Below, piece by piece: positions 20,576-29,378 of a stretch of 33,519 bases of DNA. This DNA comes from a candidate division WOR-3 bacterium (GTDB taxonomy: Bacteria > Hydrothermota > Hydrothermia > Hydrothermales > Hydrothermaceae). The stretch covers positions 1 through 33,519 of the forward strand of contig JBDRZD010000013.1 of the NCBI GenBank assembly GCA_039803745.1. Direction: 5' to 3'. Within the stretch, counting starts at the first letter, position 1. The number at the start of each line of letters is the position of its first letter. The notes beneath the pieces are model-generated. The model saw only the letters and a list, made by a program, of their open reading frames with translations, made no database searches and was not told the DNA's origin. Both the position numbers and the translations under genes were made by a program.

Positions 20576-20994
20576 AAGAATATATAATTATAGAATGTCC
20601 ATTCTGCAAAACGAAATATAAATTACCAAAAGAAAAGGCAAAACCTGGTATAAAGGCGAGATGTAAAAAATGCGGAAATATTTTTCCAATTGCAGCTATA
20701 GAAGAAAAAAAAGAAGAAAGAAAATATGTTCCACCAAAGGACGAAGAAGAAAGAAAACTTTATGAAAAGGCAAAAAGGCTTGCAAGGATTCTTGCTAAAG
20801 ATATAACGAATTATTATAGAGAAAAATGGGAAATGGGATTAAAAGAAGGAAATTTAAAGGAAATCCTAAAAGAAGAAATCAAAAAATCGTGGGAATATTA
20901 TTGTGAGAAAATTCCTGAAGAAATAAGAAAAAAAACGAATTTCTTTGAAGAGGCTTTCAATGAAATAGTAGGAAAAGGTCAAAAGATATTTTAA
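20572..20994 (+). CDS. Zinc-ribbon (MJ0042-type finger) protein with a helical C-terminal domain; probable ATA start; absent from the ORF track
   Basis: Frame is open 20548-20994 and reads IEEYIIIECPFCKTKYKLPKEKAKPGIKARCKKCGNIF...AKRLARILAKDITNYY...FEEAFNEIVGKGQKIF (140 aa from 20572). AGGAGG at 20559-20564 lies 7 nt before ATA; the stop abuts the next ATG. Confidence 0.82.
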   Translation: MEEYIIIECPFCKTKYKLPKEKAKPGIKARCKKCGNIFPIAAIEEKKEERKYVPPKDEEERKLYEKAKRLARILAKDITNYYREKWEMGLKEGNLKEILKEEIKKSWEYYCEKIPEEIRKKTNFFEEAFNEIVGKGQKIF

Positions 20995-22260
20995 ATGAAT
21001 CAAAATTCAAAAGGTGAAGGAATCGTAAAGGGTTCCTTTTATATGATTTTAGCACTCGGAATAACAGGTTTTTCCCTTTTTTTATTTCAAATACTTGCAG
21101 CAAGAAAAATAGGAAAAGAAGAATTTGGGAAATTGAGCATTTTTTATTCCTTGTTTTTTTTACTTGCGGATTTTTTCTCTTCAGGATTCAGAGACTTCTC
21201 TTCAGTTGAATTATCAAAGATTTTTGATAAAGAAAAGTTAAAAGACTTTTTAAAAAAGTATTTTTCTTCCTTTATTTTTTACTCAATAGCATTTTATACT
21301 TTAATTTTCCTTTTATCTCCCCTTTTTCTTAAAAAATTCTTTGACAAAAATTTTGTAAATTTCTTTTTATTTTCCCTATGTTTTTTGTTTATGTTTTCAA
21401 CAATTTTTTTAAGAGGGGCACTCCTTGGATTCAGAAAAATAAGTTATGTTGCAATTTCAAATCTATCTTTTGGAATATTGATATTAATTTCAGGATTATA
21501 TTTTTATTTAAGGGAAAGTAAATTAATCCATTTTGAAATTTCCTATTTAATTTCTGTATTTTTAACATTTCCCTTAACCCTTTATCTTTTAAAAAGACTT
21601 ACCCCTTTTTATCTTTCATTCAATTTTAAAGAAATAATCCTTCCAAAAAATCCCCTGATGATGTCAAGTGTAAATTCAATCCTTGAAAGTTATTTTTATA
21701 TCGGAATAATTTTAATGAAAATAAAAAACGCGCCTTATGGAGATATAGGGACATTAAGTGCCATTTTAACATTTTTTCTTGGAATAAAAACCCTTTTTAC
21801 GGGAATATTCATTCCTTTGCTTCCAAATCTAAGTTATGTTCTTTCTTTAGAAAAAAAAGAAAAATTTTACAAATACATCAAATTGACCGGATTTCTCATA
21901 ATTCTTACTCTTCTTTTATTACTTATCTTATCTTTTACAATTTTACCCTCCTTATGGCAAATATTTTTTGGCAAGGGTTATAAATTCCAAAAGATTGACT
22001 TTGTTTTAATTTCAATAATAATTTCAATTTATTTAATGATAAGACTTTTATCAAGAGCATTCTTTGCAATAAAAGAAATAAATTATATATTTTTTACAAT
22101 CATAATTTTTTTAATTTTACTCTCTCTTGTTTTCTTTTTATTACCTTTAAAACCTTTAATTTCCATAGAAATCTCTTTTTTATTTTCAAGTTTCATAGTT
22201 TTTTTTCTCCTTTATTTAAGACTCAAAAATTTTTCCTTTAAAATCTCTTCTGGTGAATAA
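20995..22260 (+). CDS. Oligosaccharide flippase (Wzx/MOP superfamily)
   Basis: About 12 TM segments; N-terminal KGSFYMIL...QILAARKIGKEEFGKLS resembles the Wzx ARxLGxxxyG motif. Confidence 0.8.
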   Translation: MNQNSKGEGIVKGSFYMILALGITGFSLFLFQILAARKIGKEEFGKLSIFYSLFFLLADFFSSGFRDFSSVELSKIFDKEKLKDFLKKYFSSFIFYSIAFYTLIFLLSPLFLKKFFDKNFVNFFLFSLCFLFMFSTIFLRGALLGFRKISYVAISNLSFGILILISGLYFYLRESKLIHFEISYLISVFLTFPLTLYLLKRLTPFYLSFNFKEIILPKNPLMMSSVNSILESYFYIGIILMKIKNAPYGDIGTLSAILTFFLGIKTLFTGIFIPLLPNLSYVLSLEKKEKFYKYIKLTGFLIILTLLLLLILSFTILPSLWQIFFGKGYKFQKIDFVLISIIISIYLMIRLLSRAFFAIKEINYIFFTIIIFLILLSLVFFLLPLKPLISIEISFLFSSFIVFFLLYLRLKNFSFKISSGE

Positions 22261-22814
22261 CCTTTAAGGGTTAAAAGAATTGAGGAATAAAAAAGAAGGG
22301 CGGAAAGAGACTCCTTATTAAATTTTCTCTTTCTAATTATCTCAAAAATTTTTTTCTCAATATCTTTTTTATTTATTTTTTTACCCAATCTTTTCATCCT
22401 TTTTAAAATTTTTTCACATAAAAGCAAGGAAGGCATCGTAATATTCAAATCTTCTTCTTTTTTCTCTGATTCCCAGTATTTTAAAAATTCCCTTTTATTT
22501 TTAAATTTAACATTCTTAAAAACATGGGGATGTTTCCTTATTATTTTTTCCTTTAAATCTTTGAGAAGTTTTTCCTTTTTAAAGTATCCCTTTTCGTCCC
22601 CTATTTTTATCATTAAAAATAAACTCAAAATAGCATCCCCTATTTCTTCTTTAATTTTTTCATAATCCTTTTTATTTATTGCATCATGTATCTCATAAAC
22701 TTCTTCAAGAAGTTCTTTTTTCATTGAATTTAATGTTTGAACCTTATCCCATGGGCACTTTTTTCTTAAAACTTCAACAATTTTATAAATATCTTTAAAA
22801 TCTATTTTTTTCAT
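22212..22814 (-). CDS. mazG: MazG family nucleotide pyrophosphohydrolase
   Basis: LRKKCPWDKVQT, LLEEVYEIHDAI, EEIGD, KIIRKHPHVF, WESEK; the second MazG domain is degenerate; ATGA-coupled to the upstream peptidase. Confidence 0.92.
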   Translation of the reverse strand: MKKIDFKDIYKIVEVLRKKCPWDKVQTLNSMKKELLEEVYEIHDAINKKDYEKIKEEIGDAILSLFLMIKIGDEKGYFKKEKLLKDLKEKIIRKHPHVFKNVKFKNKREFLKYWESEKKEEDLNITMPSLLLCEKILKRMKRLGKKINKKDIEKKIFEIIRKRKFNKESLSALLFYSSILLTLKGYSPEEILKEKFLSLK

Positions 22815-25800
22815 CTCAAAACAGCAATCTTTTCAATTATCCTTTTTATTTTATTCCCCCATTTTCCTTCTATATAAAGAATATAAACACCATTTGAAAC
22901 TTTATTACCAAATTTATCATTTAAAAACCATTCAACCCAGTGAATCCCCTTTCTTGTAAGGGGCGGTCTTATAGGATCTTGATAAGGGTCAAATTCATAA
23001 ATTTCTCTTCCTGAAACTGTAAGAATTTTTATTTTTATTGACTCAAGTTCCTTTGTATTCTCAAAGACAATAACAACCTTATCTTTTCTTGCAGGATTTG
23101 GATAAATTCCTTTTAATATTATATCAAAGGGTTCAAATATAAAGAAGGAAATTGTTTTTGAAGAAAGATTGCCAAGACAATCATAAATTTTAATTTCAAG
23201 GGCATGAATCCCTTCTTTCAAATTCTTTAATTTATAACTTGAGGAAATCATCTTTGGGTTTTGAATTCCTTTATTAAAATTCAAACTATCAAATATATCT
23301 ATTCCGTCTAAAAGTATTTCTGGCTTTTCATAAAAAAGGTCAATACCACTTGAATCAGAAAAAACGAAATCAAGACTCATTCCTTTTTTAATTTTTGCAT
23401 TCTCTTCAATTTCTTCCCCATTTAAAAGACATTTTATTAAAGGACCTCTTTTATCCTTAATATAACCAAAGGAAAATATACCCGATTCCTCTGCTCTCCA
23501 CAAGGAAAAATCATTACCATCAATTCCTTCAATCTTATGCCATAATGAGTCATTCTTTGAAAAGATAAAAAGAAAAGTTGTATCAGAAATTGAATGAATC
23601 TTAAATAATATTTCAAAATCTTTTTTATTCATCAAATTTTCTATAATTATTCCTGAAAGAGTATCTATAAAATATATCCCCGGATTTTTTAAAAAATCTT
23701 TTCTTATTTTAAACTCAAAAATACCTGTATCACTCCTTATCTTAAAATAAGAAGAATCCTCAAAACTTATCCATTCTGTTGAGTCTTTAACAAATATATA
23801 AGGATTTTCAATCTCTATAATTAAAGAATTGTTATTCTCGTTTGATTCAGGAATTTTATTATCAAAATCCAGATTATAATAAATTTTTAATTTGCCAAAA
23901 TAAATAAAATCTTTTAAGTCTAAAAATAAAGTATCATTAAAAGAAGCCTTTAGACTCATACTATCAATTCTTGAAAAAATAGTGTCATCATTTTTTATTA
24001 TTTTAAAAATATACTTAAAATTTTCGGCGTCCCTTTCACCACCATTTATTATTGGAAATATAAGTTTTAAATTTTTATCCTTTATAAAGGGCAATATACT
24101 TATCTTACCTCCTTTAAGATCTGCCAACTCGGGAACTTTATATGTGAATGTATCTGTATAAAAGATGATCCCTGATGTATCTTTTATATAAAAGCAAATA
24201 GAGAAATTATTACCGGGATAAAGGGGACCTATTGGAATTTGTGTTAAAAATGTATCATGAATTCTTTCAAGGTTAATAAAAATAGGATTTGAAATTGAAT
24301 CACCATAATTCCATAAAAGGAAAATTGTATCTATGTTTCTAACTGATTTTATTATTGATTTCACATAATGAAAGGGAGTATCAATTAAAAGTGGTGGAAT
24401 AAATTCAACATTTTCAACAAAGGCACCATTCAATGAAAAATTTGAAAAGCCTGTCCCCTCTTTTTTTAAACTGGGATTATAAAAATAAATCCTTACTTCG
24501 CCCTTTGAATTAATTCCTGAATAGTTTATTATTGCAGTATCAACAAAGGGAAGAAGATTATAATTTTTAAATTTATAAAAAACTATACCTGTATCCTGAT
24601 GAGAAACTTTTATTCTTTCAAGAGCCTTTCCATATGGAATATTATAAGGATAAGAATATATAAAAAGAGAGTCATTGGGTAAAAGAGGATTTGGGAAAAC
24701 CTGCAAACTCTCTTTTTCAGGTAAGGGAAGTTTTAAAAGTGGATCACCTATTAAATTAAATGTATAATAAACATTTTTTGATTCACCTTCTAAATAGGGA
24801 ATGTAAAGTAATGTATGGAGTCTTGAAAATAAATGAATTTCACCCAATCTTTTAATACCCTCTTTAAAAAATCCCTTTAAAAATCCTTCTGGTAAAAGAT
24901 AAGTAATATTCTTATAATTTCCATATTCAGGCGAAGGTGAGGAGGCTGTAACTCCAGCATAACCTATTATTCCTCTTTGAGAAAGGAAAAGGGGAATTTC
25001 AAGAAAGGATTTACCAGTTTCAGGTGCATATTTTTCAGAAAAGCCAGCAAAATCACCAACCCAGCAACTCATCCCAATAAAAAATGGCAATTTTCTAAAA
25101 TTATAAATATCATACCATCTTTCAGCCTTGAATGTTTTGTTCCTGAAAATTGTTCTGAATGTTGTTGATGCATGACCTATGAATGTTATAACTAAACTTC
25201 CCTTTGAAAGTTCTGTTAAAATTTCAGGAAATGTATAGCCTTTAAAATTAGGGACAGTTGATAATGTAATTATTCTTGAATCCAAATAGGATAAACAATT
25301 TTCCTCTTTCAATTTTTTACAGGCATCATAAAAAATTTTTCCATCCTGCTCATGAACCTCTGTTAAAAAATAAGGAGATATTCTCCACCATCCATATTCA
25401 GGATTTTTTTCATATTCAATCAACTTATTTAAAAAGATATCACATTCATTTAAACTATTTACTGGAATTCTTCCAAGTAAAATATCAGGGAATGGGTCAT
25501 CTCCTATAAGAAGTGTATAATATATATCACTTGAGGCAGGTCTTGAATAATATACTGCCTGTCCAGGTGCTTTTGCAGGATATAAATATGTAGGAATAAA
25601 ATCAATACATTCATTTTCTATATTTTTAGGGTCATAAGAGGCGTCACCAAAAAGAATTACTACAAAAGGAGATGGATTCCATTTTATTATTGCATTTTTT
25701 AAGAATTCCCTGATAGCCTCAGGCTCCTTTATCCCATAGGAAAATTGATTGTATATATCAGAAATTTTAACAATTTTAACCCTATAACCTTCTGACTCTC

Positions 25801-27199
25801 TATAATTTTTATAAATCAAACATTTTTGATAGAATTCCTCTGGAGTGATTATCACAATATCTGCGCCTCCAGAAGGATTTATTATTTCCTCTTTTTCATA
25901 AAACTCAATTTTTTCAGGAATAAAAAATGTATCTGCAATCAAATAATATCCTGATGGAAAACTTTCAAGGGTAATTTTATATTCATAATATCCCTCTTTA
26001 AAATTTCCTCTTATTTTCCCAAATTTTATTGATGGATAAAAATAAAGAGAAACTTCTTTTTTCCTTCCTTTTTTTAAAACAATTGAAAAAGTATCAGAAA
26101 AAGGATAGATTTTATAGAAATGGGACAAAATTTCTGGTGAAAAGTTTCCCTCAATTTCAAAAAAATTTAAAATACTTGAAATATTACTGAAAGTTGAATC
26201 TTCCTTTAAGATTAAATAGTTGTTTCCGCTTTTTAAAAATTTACCGGGAATAAAAATTGAATCAATATAAGGTAAATTATCCTCCCAGATAAATGTATCT
26301 TCAAAAATTTCATTTATTTTTATAAGGGTTTTATGTTTTGGGAAGGGGACATCTTGCGTCTCAAAGGTTTCAAAGTAGAATTTAAATTTAAAAAGAGAAC
26401 CTGTATCTGGATTTTCTATTTTAAAACTAATTGTTTCAGGTTTTTGAAAAGAAATTATTTTCCAGTACCATAAATCAAGGGAATCAGTATTTTCCATTCT
26501 CATCTTTGTAAAATCCATAAATATTGAATCTTTTTCAAAATGGTATTTTTTCAAAAAGTATTTAATAACCTTTAGTGAATCAAAAGGAACCAAATTTTTA
26601 TTTATAAATCTCAAACCATTTTCCAAATCAAAATATAAAAAATAAGAATTAAAATCTGTATAGGGATGATGAAAGGTTTTCTCACCCGTTAATTTTTCTG
26701 CAATAAATTCAATATAATCACCATCATTAAATACTTCATCTTCCTCACCATAAAAATAAAAAGGAACCTCCCTTCCTCTATAAAAAAGATGTGCCTTTTT
26801 AGGATTCAAAGTATCTATATCTATACCTATTCTCCTTAACATATTCCCATAAATTCTATAAACCCCTTCCTCTTTTGTATATATTTTAATTGCGTGGTTG
26901 AATGGAATTTGAGGATTATCAAGTATTAAATCAATCCTATAAGAGAATCTATCAATATCCTCTTTATTCAAGATTATTTTTTCAAGAACATCCTTAAAAT
27001 TTTTATTAAAAGAGCCATTCCCTTTCTCACCCTCTATTTTTAAACTTTTAATTTCAGGAATATCAAAAATACCAACCTTTAAATTCCTTATCCATCCTTT
27101 TATCAAAGGTCTTATTTCTTTACCATTGCAAATAACTTTAAATTCGCCATCTGGAATTGCAAGAAGAGAATAGGAAAAAATAATTATTTTTAAAATCAT
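22811..27199 (-). CDS. C25 (gingipain) family cysteine peptidase, PorU-like sortase, with CARDB and C-terminal FlgD-Ig/T9SS-type domain
   Basis: KIYTKEEGVYRI N-region; DIVIITP...IYNQFSYG...AIREFL...LFGDASYDPK...LGRIPV; catalytic FIGH (His codon 25174-25172) and MSCW (Cys codon 25066-25064); NLIGDP; IPESNENNN (CARDB); YPNP...SGREI...NGVY...KIAVLR tail. Confidence 0.88.
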   Translation of the reverse strand: MILKIIIFSYSLLAIPDGEFKVICNGKEIRPLIKGWIRNLKVGIFDIPEIKSLKIEGEKGNGSFNKNFKDVLEKIILNKEDIDRFSYRIDLILDNPQIPFNHAIKIYTKEEGVYRIYGNMLRRIGIDIDTLNPKKAHLFYRGREVPFYFYGEEDEVFNDGDYIEFIAEKLTGEKTFHHPYTDFNSYFLYFDLENGLRFINKNLVPFDSLKVIKYFLKKYHFEKDSIFMDFTKMRMENTDSLDLWYWKIISFQKPETISFKIENPDTGSLFKFKFYFETFETQDVPFPKHKTLIKINEIFEDTFIWEDNLPYIDSIFIPGKFLKSGNNYLILKEDSTFSNISSILNFFEIEGNFSPEILSHFYKIYPFSDTFSIVLKKGRKKEVSLYFYPSIKFGKIRGNFKEGYYEYKITLESFPSGYYLIADTFFIPEKIEFYEKEEIINPSGGADIVIITPEEFYQKCLIYKNYRESEGYRVKIVKISDIYNQFSYGIKEPEAIREFLKNAIIKWNPSPFVVILFGDASYDPKNIENECIDFIPTYLYPAKAPGQAVYYSRPASSDIYYTLLIGDDPFPDILLGRIPVNSLNECDIFLNKLIEYEKNPEYGWWRISPYFLTEVHEQDGKIFYDACKKLKEENCLSYLDSRIITLSTVPNFKGYTFPEILTELSKGSLVITFIGHASTTFRTIFRNKTFKAERWYDIYNFRKLPFFIGMSCWVGDFAGFSEKYAPETGKSFLEIPLFLSQRGIIGYAGVTASSPSPEYGNYKNITYLLPEGFLKGFFKEGIKRLGEIHLFSRLHTLLYIPYLEGESKNVYYTFNLIGDPLLKLPLPEKESLQVFPNPLLPNDSLFIYSYPYNIPYGKALERIKVSHQDTGIVFYKFKNYNLLPFVDTAIINYSGINSKGEVRIYFYNPSLKKEGTGFSNFSLNGAFVENVEFIPPLLIDTPFHYVKSIIKSVRNIDTIFLLWNYGDSISNPIFINLERIHDTFLTQIPIGPLYPGNNFSICFYIKDTSGIIFYTDTFTYKVPELADLKGGKISILPFIKDKNLKLIFPIINGGERDAENFKYIFKIIKNDDTIFSRIDSMSLKASFNDTLFLDLKDFIYFGKLKIYYNLDFDNKIPESNENNNSLIIEIENPYIFVKDSTEWISFEDSSYFKIRSDTGIFEFKIRKDFLKNPGIYFIDTLSGIIIENLMNKKDFEILFKIHSISDTTFLFIFSKNDSLWHKIEGIDGNDFSLWRAEESGIFSFGYIKDKRGPLIKCLLNGEEIEENAKIKKGMSLDFVFSDSSGIDLFYEKPEILLDGIDIFDSLNFNKGIQNPKMISSSYKLKNLKEGIHALEIKIYDCLGNLSSKTISFFIFEPFDIILKGIYPNPARKDKVVIVFENTKELESIKIKILTVSGREIYEFDPYQDPIRPPLTRKGIHWVEWFLNDKFGNKVSNGVYILYIEGKWGNKIKRIIEKIAVLR

Positions 27200-28494
27200 A
27201 ATCCTATCAGTTTAATTCTTTCATTATTCTCTTGAATAAAAATTATACCATTTTTAAAATCCTTCAAAATTCTTCTTCCATTTATGTCAAAAAAAATCCC
27301 ATTTTTATAAACTTCTCTAATTCTTTTGATTTTTAAGATATTTGGTTTAAAAGCAAGATTTTCTAATTTACCAACATCTTTAAATTTATAATAAATTTTT
27401 GAGTAAAATGGCAAATTTAAACCCTTATCCCTTTCATCTGTCCAGAATAAATAAATTTTTACTTCTTTTTTTGAATAAAAAGAATGAGGAGAATAAGAGG
27501 GAAAAGGAGTAAATGTGAGTTTTTCTAACTCTGAAAAATTTGTGCCTCCATAAGAATAAATATAAAAAATATCAGATTCCTCACCGCATCCTGCTGTAAA
27601 AAAAACATGGACAAAACCAAGGGAATCACAGCATCCATTTATTTCATAAATATCTTTATATTTTAAAATTTCTCTATTTTCTATTATCTTACCTGTTAAA
27701 ATATCATAAATTGCAAAAAAAAGGCTTTCATTATTTGTATAAAATATAAAGATTTTTGAATTAAAATAAGGTAAAGAAAAGAAATATTTTATATCATCTC
27801 CGAGGGAATATAAGATGTTTTCCTTAAACACATCTTTCAATTTATTTAGAGTTATAAATGAATTTGATGAAAAGAATTTTAAATAAAATATATAAATTGT
27901 ATCTTTAACCTTTATTATTTGGGGAAAAATGTTATCCCCTCCTTCACTTATTTTTTTAATTTCAAAATAAAAGGGATTTATTCTTTTGGCATGGTATATA
28001 TTAAAAGAATTCCCTGAATCACTTGAAAATAAAAGATTTATTTTGCCGTCATTATCAAAAACAAAATTTAAAGACAATTCACTCCACTTTTGCGAGCCAA
28101 AATCGATTTTTTTAGGATATGTGAAACTTTCATAATTTGCAGGTGATTCCGAAACTTGATAATAAATTGAATAAGGTTCATATTTTTTTAATCTTTGATA
28201 AAATATATAAAGAAAATTATTCTTATCAGAGAGGATAACAGGATGCTCATCAAAATCTTCTCCATCATGGGGAATTTTCTTTGGACTCCATACACCATTA
28301 AAGGGTTTAAAATATATAAAATTTCTTGATTTTAACCAGTTTGGATTTTCATAACCTGATATTATTATATGAAAATCGTTTTCACATATTGAATTCTGAA
28401 AAGAATGGGGAAGATATTGATTTGAATTTGGATTTTGATCAAGGAGAAAATCACCTGACCATCCGTTTAAAAATAAAAATATTAAAATTATCAT
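27196..28494 (-). CDS. Secreted beta-propeller (BNR/sialidase-like blades) protein with a short T9SS-like C-terminal motif
   Basis: Hydrophobic N-terminus; repeated blade-like units (PVILSDKNNFLYIFY, FVFDNDGKINLLF, CDSLGFVHVFF, IYLFWTDER); tail FDINGRR...NGIIFI...IKLIGL. Confidence 0.62.
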   Translation of the reverse strand: MIILIFLFLNGWSGDFLLDQNPNSNQYLPHSFQNSICENDFHIIISGYENPNWLKSRNFIYFKPFNGVWSPKKIPHDGEDFDEHPVILSDKNNFLYIFYQRLKKYEPYSIYYQVSESPANYESFTYPKKIDFGSQKWSELSLNFVFDNDGKINLLFSSDSGNSFNIYHAKRINPFYFEIKKISEGGDNIFPQIIKVKDTIYIFYLKFFSSNSFITLNKLKDVFKENILYSLGDDIKYFFSLPYFNSKIFIFYTNNESLFFAIYDILTGKIIENREILKYKDIYEINGCCDSLGFVHVFFTAGCGEESDIFYIYSYGGTNFSELEKLTFTPFPSYSPHSFYSKKEVKIYLFWTDERDKGLNLPFYSKIYYKFKDVGKLENLAFKPNILKIKRIREVYKNGIFFDINGRRILKDFKNGIIFIQENNERIKLIGL

Positions 28495-29363
28495 ATTTTA
28501 TTAAAGGTTAAAGAAATTGAATGAACAACCCCTATTACATTCTTTTTAAATCCATAATCAACATCAAAAAACTTAAATTTTAAACCTATACCAATTGAAA
28601 AATAATCAAAGTATAAAAAACCAATTCTTAAAAATAAAGTTTCAAAAAAGGAAGATTCAACACCAAAAGAATTGTATAAATCATAGTCATAAAAAGTATT
28701 TGAAAAAATTTTTAAATTTAAAAAATTGAAACTCTTTGAATAACAGAATCCAAAATGATATGCAGGACTCTCCTCTCCCCTTTCCCTATCTCCCCATGAA
28801 ACCTTTGTCCCTCCTATATCCTTTAATACAAAACCAAAATAAAAATTGCCAAATTTTGTAAATTTAGAATATCTTGTTCCAAAATCAAAACCTATCCCTT
28901 TACCTTTTGCTTCAAGCATTTTTTGGTTTATAATTTTAAAATTAATGCCAAAGGGAAATTTTTTATGGGAAAAATTTAAAAGGAATGCCCTTTGTGAAAA
29001 ATCAAAATATTTTTCAGGAGGATAAAAATTTGTGTCACCGGGTTCAATCTCCTTTGAATAAAATGGAATATCAGGTATATTAAGGATTAAAAAACCAGAA
29101 GAAAGATAAATTTTTTTAAATAAGGGTAAACAAAAACCAAGATAATTGTATTCCATAATTCCATCAAAGGCATAAGATTTATTTAACATAATTGAAAAAT
29201 TATCAGAAATGGCACAGGCAGGATTATACAAAGGTGCAGAGGAAGGAGATAAGAGAACTATATCTGAATTTGAAAGAGATATCTCTCTTGCCCCTGCTCC
29301 AAATTTTAAGAATTCAAGTGCATATTCTCCTTTTAAGAATAAGAAAATTAAAATAAATTTCAT
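28491..29363 (-). CDS. PorV/PorQ family outer-membrane beta-barrel protein
   Basis: EFLKFGAGAREISLSNS...LYNPAC matches the FLxxxxGARxxxxG...NPA plug motif; amphipathic beta strands GINFKII, GFDFG, FLRIG, GIGLK, VDYG, HSISLTF. Confidence 0.85.
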   Translation of the reverse strand: MKFILIFLFLKGEYALEFLKFGAGAREISLSNSDIVLLSPSSAPLYNPACAISDNFSIMLNKSYAFDGIMEYNYLGFCLPLFKKIYLSSGFLILNIPDIPFYSKEIEPGDTNFYPPEKYFDFSQRAFLLNFSHKKFPFGINFKIINQKMLEAKGKGIGFDFGTRYSKFTKFGNFYFGFVLKDIGGTKVSWGDRERGEESPAYHFGFCYSKSFNFLNLKIFSNTFYDYDLYNSFGVESSFFETLFLRIGFLYFDYFSIGIGLKFKFFDVDYGFKKNVIGVVHSISLTFNKI

Positions 29364-29378
29364 AGGTTAAGTATAAAG

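Noticed and set aside
22212..22814. mazG as part of a toxin-antitoxin or anti-phage system
   Set aside because: No mazEF or defence genes are nearby, and it has the housekeeping CPWD-type MazG sequence.
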